Shown in pieces: positions 50,801-64,000 of a DNA stretch of 64,000 nt; within the stretch, counting starts at the first letter, position 1; the number at the start of each line of letters is the position of its first letter. Source of the stretch: Vairimorpha necatrix. Lineage: Eukaryota. The stretch lies in assembly GCA_036630325.1 (NCBI GenBank), contig CP142729.1, forward strand, positions 992,001-1,056,000, in the 5' to 3' direction. Below the pieces are notes generated by a model. The model saw only the letters and a list, made by a program, of their open reading frames with translations. It had not been told where the DNA came from and ran no database searches. A program made the translations under genes and the position numbers.

Positions 50801-50996
50801 ACGATTTCTGGAGAGGGAAAAATTTACGCGATTTGTGGAGGAGATTCTTATATTGTACGATTGGAAACAGGACGGCTGGTGAAGAAAAGACATTATGATT
50901 TAAAAGGGGGTTTAAGTAAGTATGAGACTAACCGTCTTGGAGGGGGATGTTATATTCTGTAATATGATTGACCCCAATTTATGATAAATAAAGACA
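47879..50996 (+). mobile_element. Gypsy-type element D, 3118 bp, 49-bp LTRs
   Basis: LTRs 47879-47927 and 50948-50996, perfect TSD TTAAA, PPT GGAGGGGGA, and motifs VYMDD, TDASNIG, HENGGHR, TDNFKEF, SNGRVER. Confidence 0.93.
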
Positions 50997-51804
50997 TTAA
51001 ATAAAAAATGTAATTAATAAAATTTAAATATATATAAATTAAAAATATAATATTAATAATACTTTAAAAGTTTCCTGGCTCTCATTTTTTTAATCATATA
51101 TAGAGTTAATAAATTTCGGCAAGTTCGTATGTCTACACACATTGGATAGAGAGGCCTCAAGGGGTCTTAATATTTTTTGATGATGTTTATATGAACATCT
51201 GTAACTCTGTTTATATGTTCGACTATGATTTACAGTTATAAGGTCCGCATAATAATGTCTTAAAGTATATATGCCTTCCATATAACCGAATGGATGACAT
51301 ATAGAGATTTACCCATTTAAGCACGATGGAAAATAATGTATCTTTGTTTCTTTTATTATTTATTACGAGGACTATCTCCTTTGCCTTGGTTTTTTTACAA
51401 TTCCGAAACACCAAACCCCCTTAACAAGCCTCACCCTACGATATTTAATTTTGACGATTTTACTCTCATCTTTCTCTACTATAAAAAATTTCTCTTTTAT
51501 CCGTTTTATTATATATATACGCTTCTCATGAATTTTTAATTTATATAACTTCTATGGAAAACTTAAGTTTTGTATGTTACTTTCCGATAATCTTAAATAT
51601 TAATTATTTTTATTTCTAAAATCCAGAAATTTACTATTTATAACAAAAGTAAATATTCTGCTTAATTGTATGCAAATACAGTATGATTCCAAATTGAAAA
51701 TCTATGTTTTACATTTTGCAGCCTTACACCTCGAGGGCGGTTTCATTTGATACTCTTCTTTACCAACCTCATTTTATACTTTTCTGGTAGTATTTTTTGT
51801 TTGC

Positions 51805-51830
51805 TATATATATATATATATATATATATA
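51805..51830. repeat. (TA)13 microsatellite
   Basis: Direct reading. Confidence 0.9.
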
Positions 51831-52029
51831 AAAGTTTTGATTTCCTCATTGCTTAACTTCCCTTGCTTTTTTTAAAAAAGGGCAATTTTTTAAAAATCTT
51901 GACTCCCTATTTTTTTACACTAATTCTGATATTGGACATAATTAATTACTGAACACTTTTGTAAAAATAAAGAAGTGGCACGAGGAATACAAAATTTTTT
52001 TTCTATATTGACAACGTCTGTTGCGCCAA

Positions 52030-54000
52030 AAAATCTACTAAAAATTTATTGATACGATCATGATTTGATCCAAGGCCTTTTCTATAATCGTATCTTAAGT
52101 ATAAACTATAATTTTCAATCTTATTTGTATCTCCACCTTCGTTGTTTTCAATATTTCCTATGATTTACTATTTTATGCTTTAATCCAAAATTATCCACGG
52201 CTTTAGTGTATGATGTATTTCCATAGTAACAACAATAGTTCACATAAGTATGCGTTTTTAAACTCTACTTTCAAAGTTTCGTGTTTTCCGTTATGAATTA
52301 ATGTAACATAAATTTCGTTCAATCACCTCTTCGACTCCTCCAAGTATCAATTGTATTTTAGTAGTATCGTCTTCTATGAAGACAGATTGACAATTACCAA
52401 GCCATTTAATATGATAGTTTCAGCGACTTTAACCCGTATATTTTCTTCCTATATTTTTTATTTTCAAGAAGTCTTGCTTAGAATATCCAAAAATTATTTT
52501 TTTTTAAATATATGTTGACTCGGCTATTTTGAAGATATAAACTAGCTTTATAGTTTAAGTAAGAAAATACCCGCAGATAAACCTTTCAGAATCTTCTAAA
52601 ATTCGATGGTTAATCTATAATCAAGTGTTTTTCTTAATTATTATTTTTTTTGAATTTTTCAATACATATGTTCTTTTTCTCATAAATTGAGAAAATAATG
52701 GCGCTACTTCATTTTCTTGCCCCCCCTAAAAAAAACATACATAAAAAAATACAAAATCGTGTTATTTTTCAAATCTAAACATTTTTTTTTTGAGGGGGGC
52801 AAGAAAATGAAGTTAAGGTATTTTTTTTGTCGATTTGAGAATTTTTAAATGCCTCCTTCAGATTCCTCATTAAGGGGTTAAAAAATTTTAATTTTTTAAT
52901 CCTTAATAAGAAATTTAAAGGAAGCTATTCGGGAGCTAAATATCTGCGAAGATGCGTGCTTTAGGCACAATGAAGCAGTAATTGATTTTTTTTAGATAAT
53001 AGTCTTCTAAAAAGATCGATTGCTTGCAGACATTGTTCGACATCAGAACGAACTGTTCTTATGAACATTAATGGATGTTCCGGCTAAATTGACGGCAAAG
53101 CTTATCGTTGTGTTAATAAAAAGTGTAGTTCGAAGAGCTCACTTAAAAATGGTACGATTTTAAAGGGATAAGCGTTCAATTTCACAGAATTCTTAGAGCA
53201 TTCTATGTCTGGGTATTAAATTATACTACTTACCAAGCAATATATCTTTGCAAAATATGTGAAAATTCATATATTAAAATCAAGAATACAGTGATGGAAG
53301 TCATTGCTTCTAAAAGCGATGATAGCTACCAAATATGAGGAACTTCTGTTTGTGTACAATTTGATGAAACCGCCATATGCAACGGGGAAATTGTATCCAA
53401 TCCTCCTTCAACTTTGGATTCCATGTCTGGAATTCAATGGATTATAGGCGGCATAGTAGAAGGTAACTGTAGAGAATTTGTTCTTGAATTGCTACCGAAT
53501 CGACAATCTGGTACTATTGAAGAGTTTTTTAGACACAGAGTAAAACGTGGCTCTATTATAATTTCTGATGGATACCCTTTATGCCCCCAGCCTCTAAAAA
53601 ATTTTGGGAGTGAACATTACAAAGTAAATCAATCGCTTGGGTTTATAAATGCGGAAGGAGACCACACAAATAATATAGAAAATTTGTGGTCCCATTTGAA
53701 GAATGAATATAGATCGAGAATGGGGCTTAAAAGGCATAGGATAAATTTATTTCTAAAAGAATTCGCTTGGAAAAAAAAAATATCAATTATTTTAATAATG
53801 ATGATCATAGGTGTGCTTATATAAAAATTTTAAAACTTTGTAGGTTGGAATAAATAAAATTTCTTCTAAATAATTTTTTTTCTAGGGGGGGGGGCAAGAA
53901 AATGAAGTAGCGCCAAAATAATTATAGCACGGACATGTTACCTAAACATGATTTTAAATACATAAGCTGTTGGGCATTATTTCATCTAAATTTATTCGAA
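52030..54000 (-). mobile_element. Highly degenerate Merlin interrupted by another Merlin (ends uncertain)
   Basis: Minus-strand VKVAET, SYTKAVDNFGLKHKIVNH and DTNKIEN at 52110-52440. Confidence 0.5.
52700..53914 (+). mobile_element. Merlin transposon (1215 bp)
   Basis: TIR GGCGCTACTTCATTTTCTTGCCCCCCC, perfect 8-bp TSD AAAATAAT, and motifs QFDET, WIIGGIVE, ISDGYP, HTNNIENLW. Confidence 0.93.
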
Positions 54001-54076
54001 AGTCTATTGCAAAATCATTATCTTGAAATATAGGATTCTGTTGAGCCCAGTTTCCTTCCTTTCTGAAATTCTTGCG

Positions 54077-54839
54077 GGCAACCTTAGCCCAGTGGTCGAT
54101 GGCGATGCTTGAATTTAGCAATGGCTTGATTTGATACTTAGGGGCACCAAAACGATTCTCTTTCTATGATGCAATGGAAAAACTCAGACGATGAAAATGC
54201 CAACGATGATCATAAAGTTGATTCATGTGACTTAGTGTGTCCAGCCACAAAGGGATTAGCATCTAGTGTATAAACGCACCTGAAGACCTAAAACAGAAAC
54301 CCACCACATGTGTTGACTTAATGATACATAAAAGTATCTAATGGGTACGGCATAGTTAAGGGCTATGGTTTGTGCACTCTAGAGTGGGATCCTAGAGCTA
54401 ACTAAGAGACTAGACGAAGTAAGGCATAGAAGGTCTAGTAGTTTCCTATACTAATATTCTGAAGCACGGTGGCCGTAACTAGTGTACGTTTCGAATCAAA
54501 GCAGTCCAATAAAAATGCAGAATTAATGATGTTGCGGTGTAAGGAGTCGTATATGCGATATAGATTATGTAGAGATCATTGAGATAATACAATGATGTCT
54601 CTTCTGAAGCTATTACACTCATGGCCGTTCAGTATATCTGCTGCGAAATCGTCCTTGACGAGATTTGATGCATATATTTAAAATGTTCTCTTTGTCTAAA
54701 ATCCATGTATACGGCTTAACAATTTGCACTGATGCCTTTTATGACAAATTATAGTGAGTAAGAATCTTACTAAATCTGTTGAATAAGGACCACACCCAAA
54801 TACTTAAACCCCTATCCTTACTTGCAAAGTCAAAAAAAA
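54077..54839 (+). mobile_element. tRNA-headed SINE-like repeat, copy E
   Basis: TAGCCCAGTGG A box...GGGGCACCA, with a unique upstream flank, body and A-tail. Confidence 0.65.
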
Positions 54840-55545
54840 TTAACAAATATTAATACGAACAAAGATTAAATTTTAAGTCTACATAAAAACTGAATTGATC
54901 TATACTTATATTAATAAAAATGTAACGTGCTTGAAACATTGGTCCAAGATATAAAAAAAACGCCTATTCGTAACTATACTCGTAACTCTGGATATTTGAG
55001 GTCAAAAAAAAAGAATTAGTTTAAATTTCAACAGATTAATTAGTTTAATTTTTTAATCTTAAAAATACCCAATCGACTTTTTAAACCCTCATAATAAAAG
55101 GATTTTATTAAAAATTTACATTACTGAAAATGAGTTTTATGTTTATTTGTTTATATGTTTTAAAGAGTTGTACTTTGACGGGAAAAGTTTAAAATATGAA
55201 TGTTTGATTTTTACAAAAAGAAATACAATATGAATAGATGTAAATTGAGGGATGAATTTTTGATAAAATTCAAAAAATATGTGTTAAACAATTTCAAATC
55301 GATTTTAAAATACTTGATTTTTTTATATCGATAAATGTTCCCAAAATCAATAGGGTTTTCTCATGTATCTTTCAATTGGATAGACTAGCGTCTTGTTGAA
55401 TATATACAAAAAATGCGTAGAATTCTACTTTGTCTCTATTATATGATTTAATCGACATCTTTAAGTGATTTTTGAACTAAAGAGTTATATTATTTATCTG
55501 TCAAACACATTCATGGATTTTTTAAAAAACATTTTATTTTAACCC

Positions 55546-57030
55546 CCGCTTTTCGATTGGAAAAGGACAAAATAAAATTATTGCTATAAATTTAAAACAT
55601 AGACTATCAACCATAGTATTGGTTAATAAGTACCAAATATTCATAAAGACTCCTTTAGGACCGGCCTTCTATTTTGAAGGAAGTCAATTACTCACAAATG
55701 GAAGTGGCACTCTAAAAAAAGTAAGAAGGTTCGAAGCCATAAAAATAAGATATATCTTAACATACGGGAGTCCACTAAATGTTGTAATGAAGCATTATTG
55801 GTCAATCCCAAGAACATAAATCCTCTCTACGTTCTTGGGAAATGCTTCTTGCAACAGGACAATTTAGAATTAACAAAAGAGATAGTAGATAAAATTAGAT
55901 CCGTGGACCCGAAACAAATATGTGCCACTATTTTAGAAGGGCATATTTTGTAAAAGACGGGTCAGGACGTAGAAGCCTACGATAATTTTTTATCATATTT
56001 GAATACATCGTCGTGTGATGTATTCCTCTTCTACGGTCTAGATTAATTTACGATCTTTTAAAAAACTTTTTTTTGTCCTGGAGTGGTTTACCCTGGTCCT
56101 ATCTGCTGACGTGAAACTTCCGAAAGTACTCGAAATTATGTACAGAATAGGGATCTGTTACAAAAGAGGGGAAATTCACAGATGCGCTTTGAGTTTTCAA
56201 ATTTATAGAATCGTTCGTAAAGTTTGATTTATTTAACGACGATGTCAACCTTCAGATTGCGCATATTATGAGATCGCCGAGAACACAGAAATGTGTTCCA
56301 AGATCTCGTAAAAAATAAATGTTACCAGCAATCAGAATATTCTTGCTACTAGATCGCACAAGTGGCACAATATTAAAGAAAAAATCCCGAAGCAATATAA
56401 TTTATTTTTGAGCTATTATTGTTATTTTTCTCTAATTTGCTTCAACATCCGCGCACTCTATCTGGCCACACCACCCTCTAGCTTATCTACTATGTTTTTA
56501 GTTCGAGATCCTCCTTCGCCGAGTCCCTGCCGGTGCTTAAAGCAGATGCTCTTTAGTGTCTTATTTATAAATCTCATTTGGATGCAAGCTTCGGTACTAT
56601 TTGATAGGCCGATGACATGTATATAATTGCTATGGTATTTTGTCATAATTGCGGCCCATGTTGTGACGTATGGTAAAAAACTGACGCAATAAAAAATATT
56701 TACAAATGTAATAACGAGCCAGTTTCCATCTAACTCTCCTTTAAGATTGTTTTGAAGAATTTAAGTATTGCAATTGTGATCTCTAAAACGAAGTTTTTGA
56801 TCCACATATACTTTACATTGTAGTAAGAGTTATGGCTGAAGAAGTTTAGTATGAAGAAGCGCGTAATATTTATTTGCTCTGTTTTGACCTAGATCCCGCT
56901 TTGTATTTATCTTACAATTTGACAGATGGTCTGAAGAATTTTGAAATAAACAGCTATGAACTAGCTCAAAAACTGTTTTAACTGGACCTTATTAAAAAGA
57001 TAACTGTAAAGAGACTCTTAATAAAAAAAT
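55546..57030 (+). pseudogene. SSN6: SSN6/CYC8-like TPR pseudogene, copy 4
   Basis: Colinear with copies 1-3. Confidence 0.65.
56398..56675 (-). mobile_element. LINE 3' end fragment
   Basis: LPYVTTWAAIMTKYHSNY...EACIQ...KTLKSICF. Confidence 0.7.
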
Positions 57031-57084
57031 GTAGATTATATAATTTCAAAAAAAAAATCGTTTTTTAATGGTAATACTTCTAAA

Positions 57085-57846
57085 GGTGCGCTTAGGCCAG
57101 AGGTATAATGTGATGCTTCAATTGAGCAATAGCTGCTCGAATGAAAGAAGCACCAAAATTGTTTCGATTTTCTATGATGCAGTTGAAACAACTCAGACAA
57201 TGAAAATGTTTACGATAATCATTAAGTTGATTCAATGAAAATCATGTGTGTCTAACCACAAAGGGAATTAGCATATAGAGTAGAACCGCAGTTCAAGGCC
57301 AGAAACATATCACTTTCGTGGCGACCAAATGATACATAAAAATATCTGTTGGGTACGGCCTACTTGGAGCCTATGGCTGGTACACTCTAGGGTGCAATTC
57401 AAGAGCTAACTAAGATGTTGGTCGACGAGGAAATAAAGGGTCTCGTGGATCATATTCCGCAAGATTTTGTAACACCTTGGCTGAAACTAGTGGAAGCCGG
57501 TGGTCGATGTAGCACAATAAAAAATGTTGGGCTTTTGATGTGGCGAATCAAGGAGCCGTGTGTGCATATAGATAAAGTAGACCTTTAGGCTAATATGATG
57601 ATGTCTTTTTTCGGGGAATGGTATTAAAACAATGTCGATTAAGTATATCTGTTATGAGTTCACTGTTGACGCGATTTAGGGCATAGATGGTGTAATATTT
57701 TTTGAGATAAAGTTTACTGTACATGCCGGACCTTGCCTCTTGGCAAGTAATATGGTGTAAGTTTTTGTGAAAAAGACTTCAAAGTATCAGTTGGTCCAAT
57801 ATAAGATAACAAAATAGCTTGGCCTGGTCCTTAAGTTAGTTATCCT
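57085..57846 (+). mobile_element. tRNA-headed SINE-like repeat, copy F (divergent 3' half, cut by a Merlin end)
   Basis: Head like copies B and C. The body diverges after ~57680. Confidence 0.55.
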
Positions 57847-58143
57847 GGCGCTACATAAAAATTCGTACCCCCCCCTAAAAAAATTACATTGACCAATTAA
57901 ATTTATATAAAAAAAATATTTTTAACCCTTAAAATTATATTTAAAACAATATTTTTAAAATAGTAATTTACAAAAGTTAAAATATTTAAAAAAACAGTTT
58001 AAACATATTATTAAGTTCAAAAATTTAATTACTTTAACATAGAAAAAATATCAATTATTTTTACGCAGGCCAATTTGACTGTAAATGGTTTGAATATTCT
58101 ATATTTTCTTTTTTCCATTTAAACTCATCTAACCAACATTTAA
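57847..58143 (-). mobile_element. 3' terminal fragment of a Merlin
   Basis: GGCGCTAC...CCCCCCCCTAAAA resembles the 52700 TIR. Minus-strand WLDEFKWK is a transposase tail. Confidence 0.6.
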
Positions 58144-59654
58144 GGTACCCGGGGGTTCGTCCCGGTTTTAGGGGTTAAAAAAATATAAAAAACGAACTTT
58201 TATATTTTTTTAATTTTTACCCCTATGACCGGAACAAAAAGGATAATCAAAAGCAACAGAAATATGGATCAAATTATAGATGAAAATCAATATATTTACG
58301 AGAAAAAAAGAATCAAAAACACTACTATAAAGTGGCGATGCATTGTACGAAGCTGTAATGCCAAAGCCACTAGTGGTATTGTTTACTTCAATAATCTCGA
58401 ATCCTTTACTATTTCTTCGGCTCATAATCATGAACCAAATCCTGAACTGGTCTGTAAGAAGAATAAAATAGATAAAATGAAACGGGAAATTATCTCTGGC
58501 AAATATTCTCCTAGAAACATTTTTTTTTTCTGACTTAAGAGGAGCTGGGGAAGAAACAATCGCCGCAATGGGCCCTATTGAGCCTATTACAAGGATATTA
58601 AGTAATGCTCGGATAAATCCCTTTAATCCAAAACAATACGCCAACCAAAAATTGGGTTTATGTGCTGATTTATTAATCAGTCATACAGGCGAACAATGGT
58701 ATCGATATGTGCCTGAAAAGTACGGGAGTGACGAACCCAATGACAGTATAATTATTTTTTATACAGATTCGGCCATGAAAAAATTGGCTCTATATGACAT
58801 GTGGGCGATGGATAAGACCTTTACGGTGGTTCCAATTCCCTATTACCAACTTTACACAATTAGTTTTATCCGTGATGCTCATGTATTCCCGATAATATTT
58901 GCAATTTTGAAAGATAAAAGTTTTGAAACCTATTGTTTTTTGTTTCAAATGTTAAAGAAAAGGTTTCCAGAGCTCAACACAGGGTTGATAAAAACTGATT
59001 GAAGAAGGCTGCGCTAAGAGCATATTCTAGAGTTTTCCCGGATTGTCAAATTTCAGGTTGTCATTTTCACTTAGCTCAGGCTATTGATAGGCGTGTTAAA
59101 AGTTCAGGACTTTCTTCTGTTTACACATGTTCACCTATGGTGAAAAGGTTTGTTTTGTCTCTTACGGCACTTGCATATGTTGAATATGACGAAATATTGT
59201 CTACTTTTTTGGAACTAAAACAAGACAGAAATTTTCTGGAATGCTTGATTGAGTGATATTTTCATTTCTTTACAAATTATATTGATTTAAAATGCCGATT
59301 TCGGCCAAATTAGTAACACGCGCGAATAAAATGGAAAAATATTTTTCATGAAGGAATAATGCAATTGAAGGTTGGTATAATACCTTTAAAACCACATTTG
59401 GTACTAGTCGCTACAGTTTTTATCAATTAGTGAGCAAGTTAAAGGATGAAGAAGATATAGTTAGAATGAAGATTTTCCAACAAACAGTTTTAAATCATGT
59501 TTTTGAACGTAAACAAGAATACATTGATAAAAAGATTTAAATAGCTAATTTTTTGAATAAAACTGTGGATGAAGGGGTTGGTGCATATTTTGTCTTTGAA
59601 ATTATTAAAGTATTAAAGTTTTATTTTTTTTTCTGAAAGTTCGTCCCGGTCACC
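58144..59654 (+). mobile_element. MULE/Mutator transposon with FLYWCH-like domain, degenerate
   Basis: KWRC..C..HNH, WAMDKTF.VVP.PYYQLYTI, FPIIFAIL and GCHFHLAQA. Termini GGTACCCGGG / CCCGGTCACC. Confidence 0.85.
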
Positions 59655-61134
59655 TTATTTACAGTTAAAAGTGGTAAACCTACATAAAAACGAAAGGATT
59701 AATAAGAATTTCTTATAAAATGGTGTAATAGGATTTATGACTACTAAAACTCCTTCCATGGCAAGTGTAGTACAGCAAGCTGCGCTGGATCATTTGAACT
59801 TTGGCACGAGGAAATATTATTCAATATAGCTCGGATCGCGGCAAAGTGACTGCATAGATATACTTGATTGTCATTGTAATAATAATATAAGGAGAGACTC
59901 GACGGATTAGCGCAAAAGTTCCCTACAGTTATATGTATTTATCACACGACCCCCAAACTCATGTCCCCAGCTATTTTAAATTGGCTACTTTTTTTTTCTA
60001 GTTTCTGCTATTTTTTTATACCCTGTTTTTGAACACGTAGGATGAATTCATCGAGACATTCTATTATTATACCTGTCAATGCTATGATTTAGCCAGGATC
60101 TTAGCATGAGTCTTCGTCATGGGTCCAACTAAACTTTAATTAGCAGATACCTTAACGTCCGTAATTTATCAAAATTAATAAATTTTCACACTAAATGATA
60201 ATCTATGTGTGGCCTTGCGCACATAAGTTTCATTTATTCCTATAGATATTTATAATTTGATTTTTCACATTCTCTATAAGACTAAATGGATTAAAGAAAA
60301 TAGAAACCCTCTGGCGCTCCTGAGACAAACTCCTCCATAGCAAATGCGAACTCTGCTTTCGATCTCCGGGCTAAGGAAACCTACTCAATATTGTGTGTCT
60401 AGTTATAAGGAGTCTTCGCGAATATGCTTAACGGACAAGTTTTTAAATATCGGGAAGATTAGGAGGATGGGAATTGCAAGTCCACCTCTTCACGGGGCTT
60501 TCACTTTTTTATCCTCAAAAAAAGTGCAAAAAAGAAGGAGAAATTAGGGTACATAAATATTTGACCATTATTACAGTATAAAACAAGAAAGAGATCATGT
60601 AAACATCTACTATTTAATTTTTGCTACATGCATTTATAGAGTATTGTTAAATAGAATAAGGAGAATTTTTTATTTTGTATCTTACTATGTAAATAGATTA
60701 AGAGCCAGATTGAAGTCTTATTAAGTCCCATGCATACCAAGAACTACTTATCTGTACTGGCCTCTGTTCCACAAATGAGTTAGTGTAAACTTTAATCATA
60801 GAATTATTAAATAATAGAATTGTCAATAGCGAATGTTCATATATCTCAAATTTAAATAAATTTATATTGTAGTTCTTGAAATGTAACAGGTAATATTTTT
60901 AAGAAGTGCTACTCTTTTGTTTCATTAATTGTGAGGCTTGAACTTATTGTTTAAACGTTAAATAAGATCAAGGTCTTTCTTCGATCTTTATAACCACGCC
61001 AAGCACCCATACTTAATTAACTTTATAACCTTTATTGTACTTTATTTTGCTGTATAAATATTTTCTACTTTAAAATAATAATTCGTACGGCAACCTTTTT
61101 ATTACAAGTCTGGGTTTAATAAATATTTGATAAT

Positions 61135-61892
61135 GGTGCCCTTATCCAAGTGGTAGAAGGCGATGCTTCCATTATGCAATGGCTAGGTTCGGTTCTCAAG
61201 AGCACAAAAACGGTCCTCTTTTTATGATGCAACGGAAGAACCAAACATTAAAAATGTCAACGATGATAATTAAGTTGATTCATGTGACTTAGTGTGTTCA
61301 GCCACAAAGGGACTAGCATCTAGTGTATAAACGCACCAAGGCCTAAAATCAGGATCCCACTGCATGTGGTGACTTAACGATACATAGAAGTATGTGTTAT
61401 GTACAGCCTAGCTGAACCCATAGCTATTTCACTCTAAAGTGGGATCCTAGAGTTAACTAAAAAGACTAGACGAAGTAGGGCAATAAAAGGTTTATTAGTT
61501 CTTATCCTAATATTCTAAAGCACAGTGGCCGCAACTAGTGTACGTTTCGAATAAAAGCAGCCCAATAAAAATGCTAAGATATTGCTGTGGGCTAAGGAGC
61601 CGTATATGCGATTTTGATAATTAAAAAGACCTTTGATTTAATACATTATTGTCTCTCCTCGGACTATCTAATTTATGCCGTTAAGTATATCCTCTGTGAA
61701 ATTGCTCTCGACGAGATTTGATGCATATATTTAAAATGTTCTCTTTGTCTAAAATCCATGTATACGGCGTAACATCCTGCACTGATGCCTTTTATGATAA
61801 ATTATAGTGAGTAAGAATCTAACTAAATCTGTTTGATAAGGATAACACCCAAATACCTATGATCCCTACGCCTTACTTGCAAAGAAAAAAAA
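61135..61892 (+). mobile_element. tRNA-headed SINE-like repeat, copy G
   Basis: Duplicate of copy A. Confidence 0.65.
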
Positions 61893-62586
61893 TTAACAAA
61901 TATTTATACTAACAAAGATCAAATTTTAAGTCTACTTAAAATTGTTTTGATCTTTTACTTATATTGATAAAAATGCAACGTTTTTGAAGCTTTGGTATAA
62001 TTAAAAGGAATGCCTATTTGTAATTATATTTTTGATTCTATAAAATTAAGGACAAAGAAAATTAAATTTGTTTAAACTTCAACATATTGATTATTTACTT
62101 TTTCCCCTTAGACATACCCATTGAATAATACCCACTTAATAAAAGGATTTTGTTAAAAATTTGCCAAAAATTTAAATTACTGAAAATGAGTTTTATTATT
62201 TATTTGTTTATATGTTTTAAAGAGTCGCACTCAGACAGGAGAAGTTTAAAATATGAATGTATGATTTTTACAAAAAGAAAATACCATATGAATAGATGTA
62301 AATTTAGGGACGACTTTGTAATAAAATTCATAAAATAAATTTTAAACAAGTTTATTTTTACACACTTGATTTTTTTATATCAGATTATTGTTCTCAAATT
62401 CAATTGTTTTTCTCTTGTATCTTTCAATTAGATAATCTAGCGACTTAAAGAATATATACAAAAAATACGTAGAATCCTACGTTGTTTCTATTTAGATATA
62501 TTATCCGACATCTTTGACTAAAGAGTAATATTATTTATTTGTCAAACACATCAATGAACTTTCTAAAAAATAATTTTTTTTAGCCC

Positions 62587-64000
62587 CTGCTTTTCGATTG
62601 GAAAAGGACAAAATAAAATAATTGCTATAAAAATTACAAACGACGACTATTAACCATAGTACTGGTTAATAAATACCAAATGTTCATAAAGACACCTAAT
62701 TGACCGCTCTTTATTATGAAGGAAGCCAATTACTTACAAATGGAAATGGCATTCGAAAAAAGTAAGAAGGTTTGAAGCCATAGAAACAAGATAAATCTAA
62801 ACATGTGGGAGTCCACTAAATGTTGTAATGAAGCATTATTGGTCAACCCCAAGAACATTATTTCTCTAACGTTCTTGGGAAATGCTTCTTGCAACAGGAC
62901 AATTTAGAATTGACAAAAGAGATAGTAGATAAAATTAGATCCATGGACCCGAAACAAAGATGTGCCACTATTTTAGAAAGGCATATTTTTTTAGAGAGAG
63001 GTCGTAACGTAGAAGCCTACGATGATTTTTTATCGTATTTATATGCATCATCGTATTATTTATTCTTCTTGTACAGTCTAGGATAAATTTACGATCTATA
63101 AAAATTTTGAATGGGGCGGGAGTGGTTTACCCCAATCCTATCTGCCGACTTGGAACTCCCAAAAGTACTCGAAATTATGTACTGAATTTGGATCTGTTAC
63201 AAAAAGGAGAGTAAATTTACAGATGCGCTTGGAGTTTTCAAATTTTTAGGACCATTAGTAAAGTTTGATTTTTATAAAGATGATGTTAACCTTCAGATTG
63301 CGCATATCTATGAGATCACAGAGAACACAGAAATGTGTTCAAAGATCTCAAATAAATTTATGATTCATAGCAAGCAAAATAATTCTTTATTCTAGATTAT
63401 ACAACTAGCTCAATCTTAAAGAAAAAATCCCGAAGCAATATAATTTATTTATTAAGCTATTAAGGTGGTTTTTTATCTAATTTGCCTCAACTGCCGCGTA
63501 CTCTATCTGGTCGCACCACCTTCTAGCTCCTCTACTATGTACTTATTCCAGATCCTCCTTCCCGAGTCCTGCCGGTTTCAAAGGAGATGCTCTCTGTTGC
63601 CTTCTTTATAAATCTCATTTGGATGTAAGCTTCTGTACTATTTGATGGGCTGATAACGCTAATATAATTGCTATGGTATTTTGTCACAATTTCGGCTTAT
63701 GTTATGACGTATGGTAAATAAACTGACGCAATAAAAAATATTTAAAATGTAATAACGACCAGTTGCCATCTAACTCTCCTTTAAGATTGTTTTGAAGAAT
63801 TGGAGTGTTGCAATTGTGATCTTATAACGAAGTTTTTGATCCATATATAATTTACATTGTAGTAAGAGTTATGGCTAAAGAAGTTTTGTATGAAGAAGCG
63901 CGTAATATTTATTTGCTCTGTTTTGACACCGATCCCGCCTTGTATATATCTTACAATTTGACAGAGTGTCTGAAGAATTTTGGAATACAAACAACTATGA
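62587..64000 (+). pseudogene. SSN6: SSN6/CYC8-like TPR pseudogene, copy 5 (truncated by the window)
   Basis: Colinear with copy 1. Confidence 0.65.
63441..63716 (-). mobile_element. LINE 3' end fragment
   Basis: Same insertion and junctions as 8094-8371. Confidence 0.7.

Larger units (their letters stand above)
47763..51938 (-). mobile_element. Degenerate Merlin hosting gypsy D
   Basis: ~60-bp TIRs GTC.AATATCAG.ATTAGTGTAAAAAAA.. at both ends. Minus-strand VEKDESK, KRNKDTL and TVNHS at 51100-51480. Confidence 0.75.
59655..64000 (+). repeat. Direct duplicate of 4288-8650 (runs off the window end)
   Basis: Near-identical sequence beginning exactly at the MULE right end. Confidence 0.95.

Noticed and set aside
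54400-54445. GAGACTAGACG resembling a group I intron R element, and several ATGATG C-box-like words in the SINE body
   Set aside because: No convincing P/Q/S elements or paired CTGA D boxes are conserved across copies.
54465-54482. ACGGTGGCCGTAACTA resembles an LSU rRNA motif
   Set aside because: The match is short and the flanking rRNA sequence is absent.

Overview
This is an AT-rich, intron-poor eukaryotic window made almost entirely of nested transposable elements and duplicated pseudogenes. A repeat-rich microsporidian genome is my inference, based on a compact homeobox gene, an RLE-LINE tail type and very abundant Merlin elements. Only one ordinary cellular gene looks intact (homeobox, 37143-37490). 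Mobile content: a complete Helitron with an intact 1434-aa RepHel ORF; about ten Merlin/IS1595-like DNA transposons from different families; one Ginger-type integrase transposon carrying a tRNA-like Pol III unit; one FLYWCH-MULE; four copies of one LINE 3' tail; and five full-length Ty3/gypsy elements plus LTR remnants. Best candidate for a new system: a family of ~3.1-kb gypsy-type elements (two diverged copies) with 48-50-bp LTRs, a ~135-aa Gag whose ATG is formed at the LTR end, and no aspartic protease. Second candidate: a ~760-bp tRNA-headed, A-tailed SINE-like repeat (7 copies) that brackets tandem copies of a decayed SSN6/CYC8-like TPR gene cassette. All alignments and translations were done by eye, so the boundaries of degraded elements are approximate.
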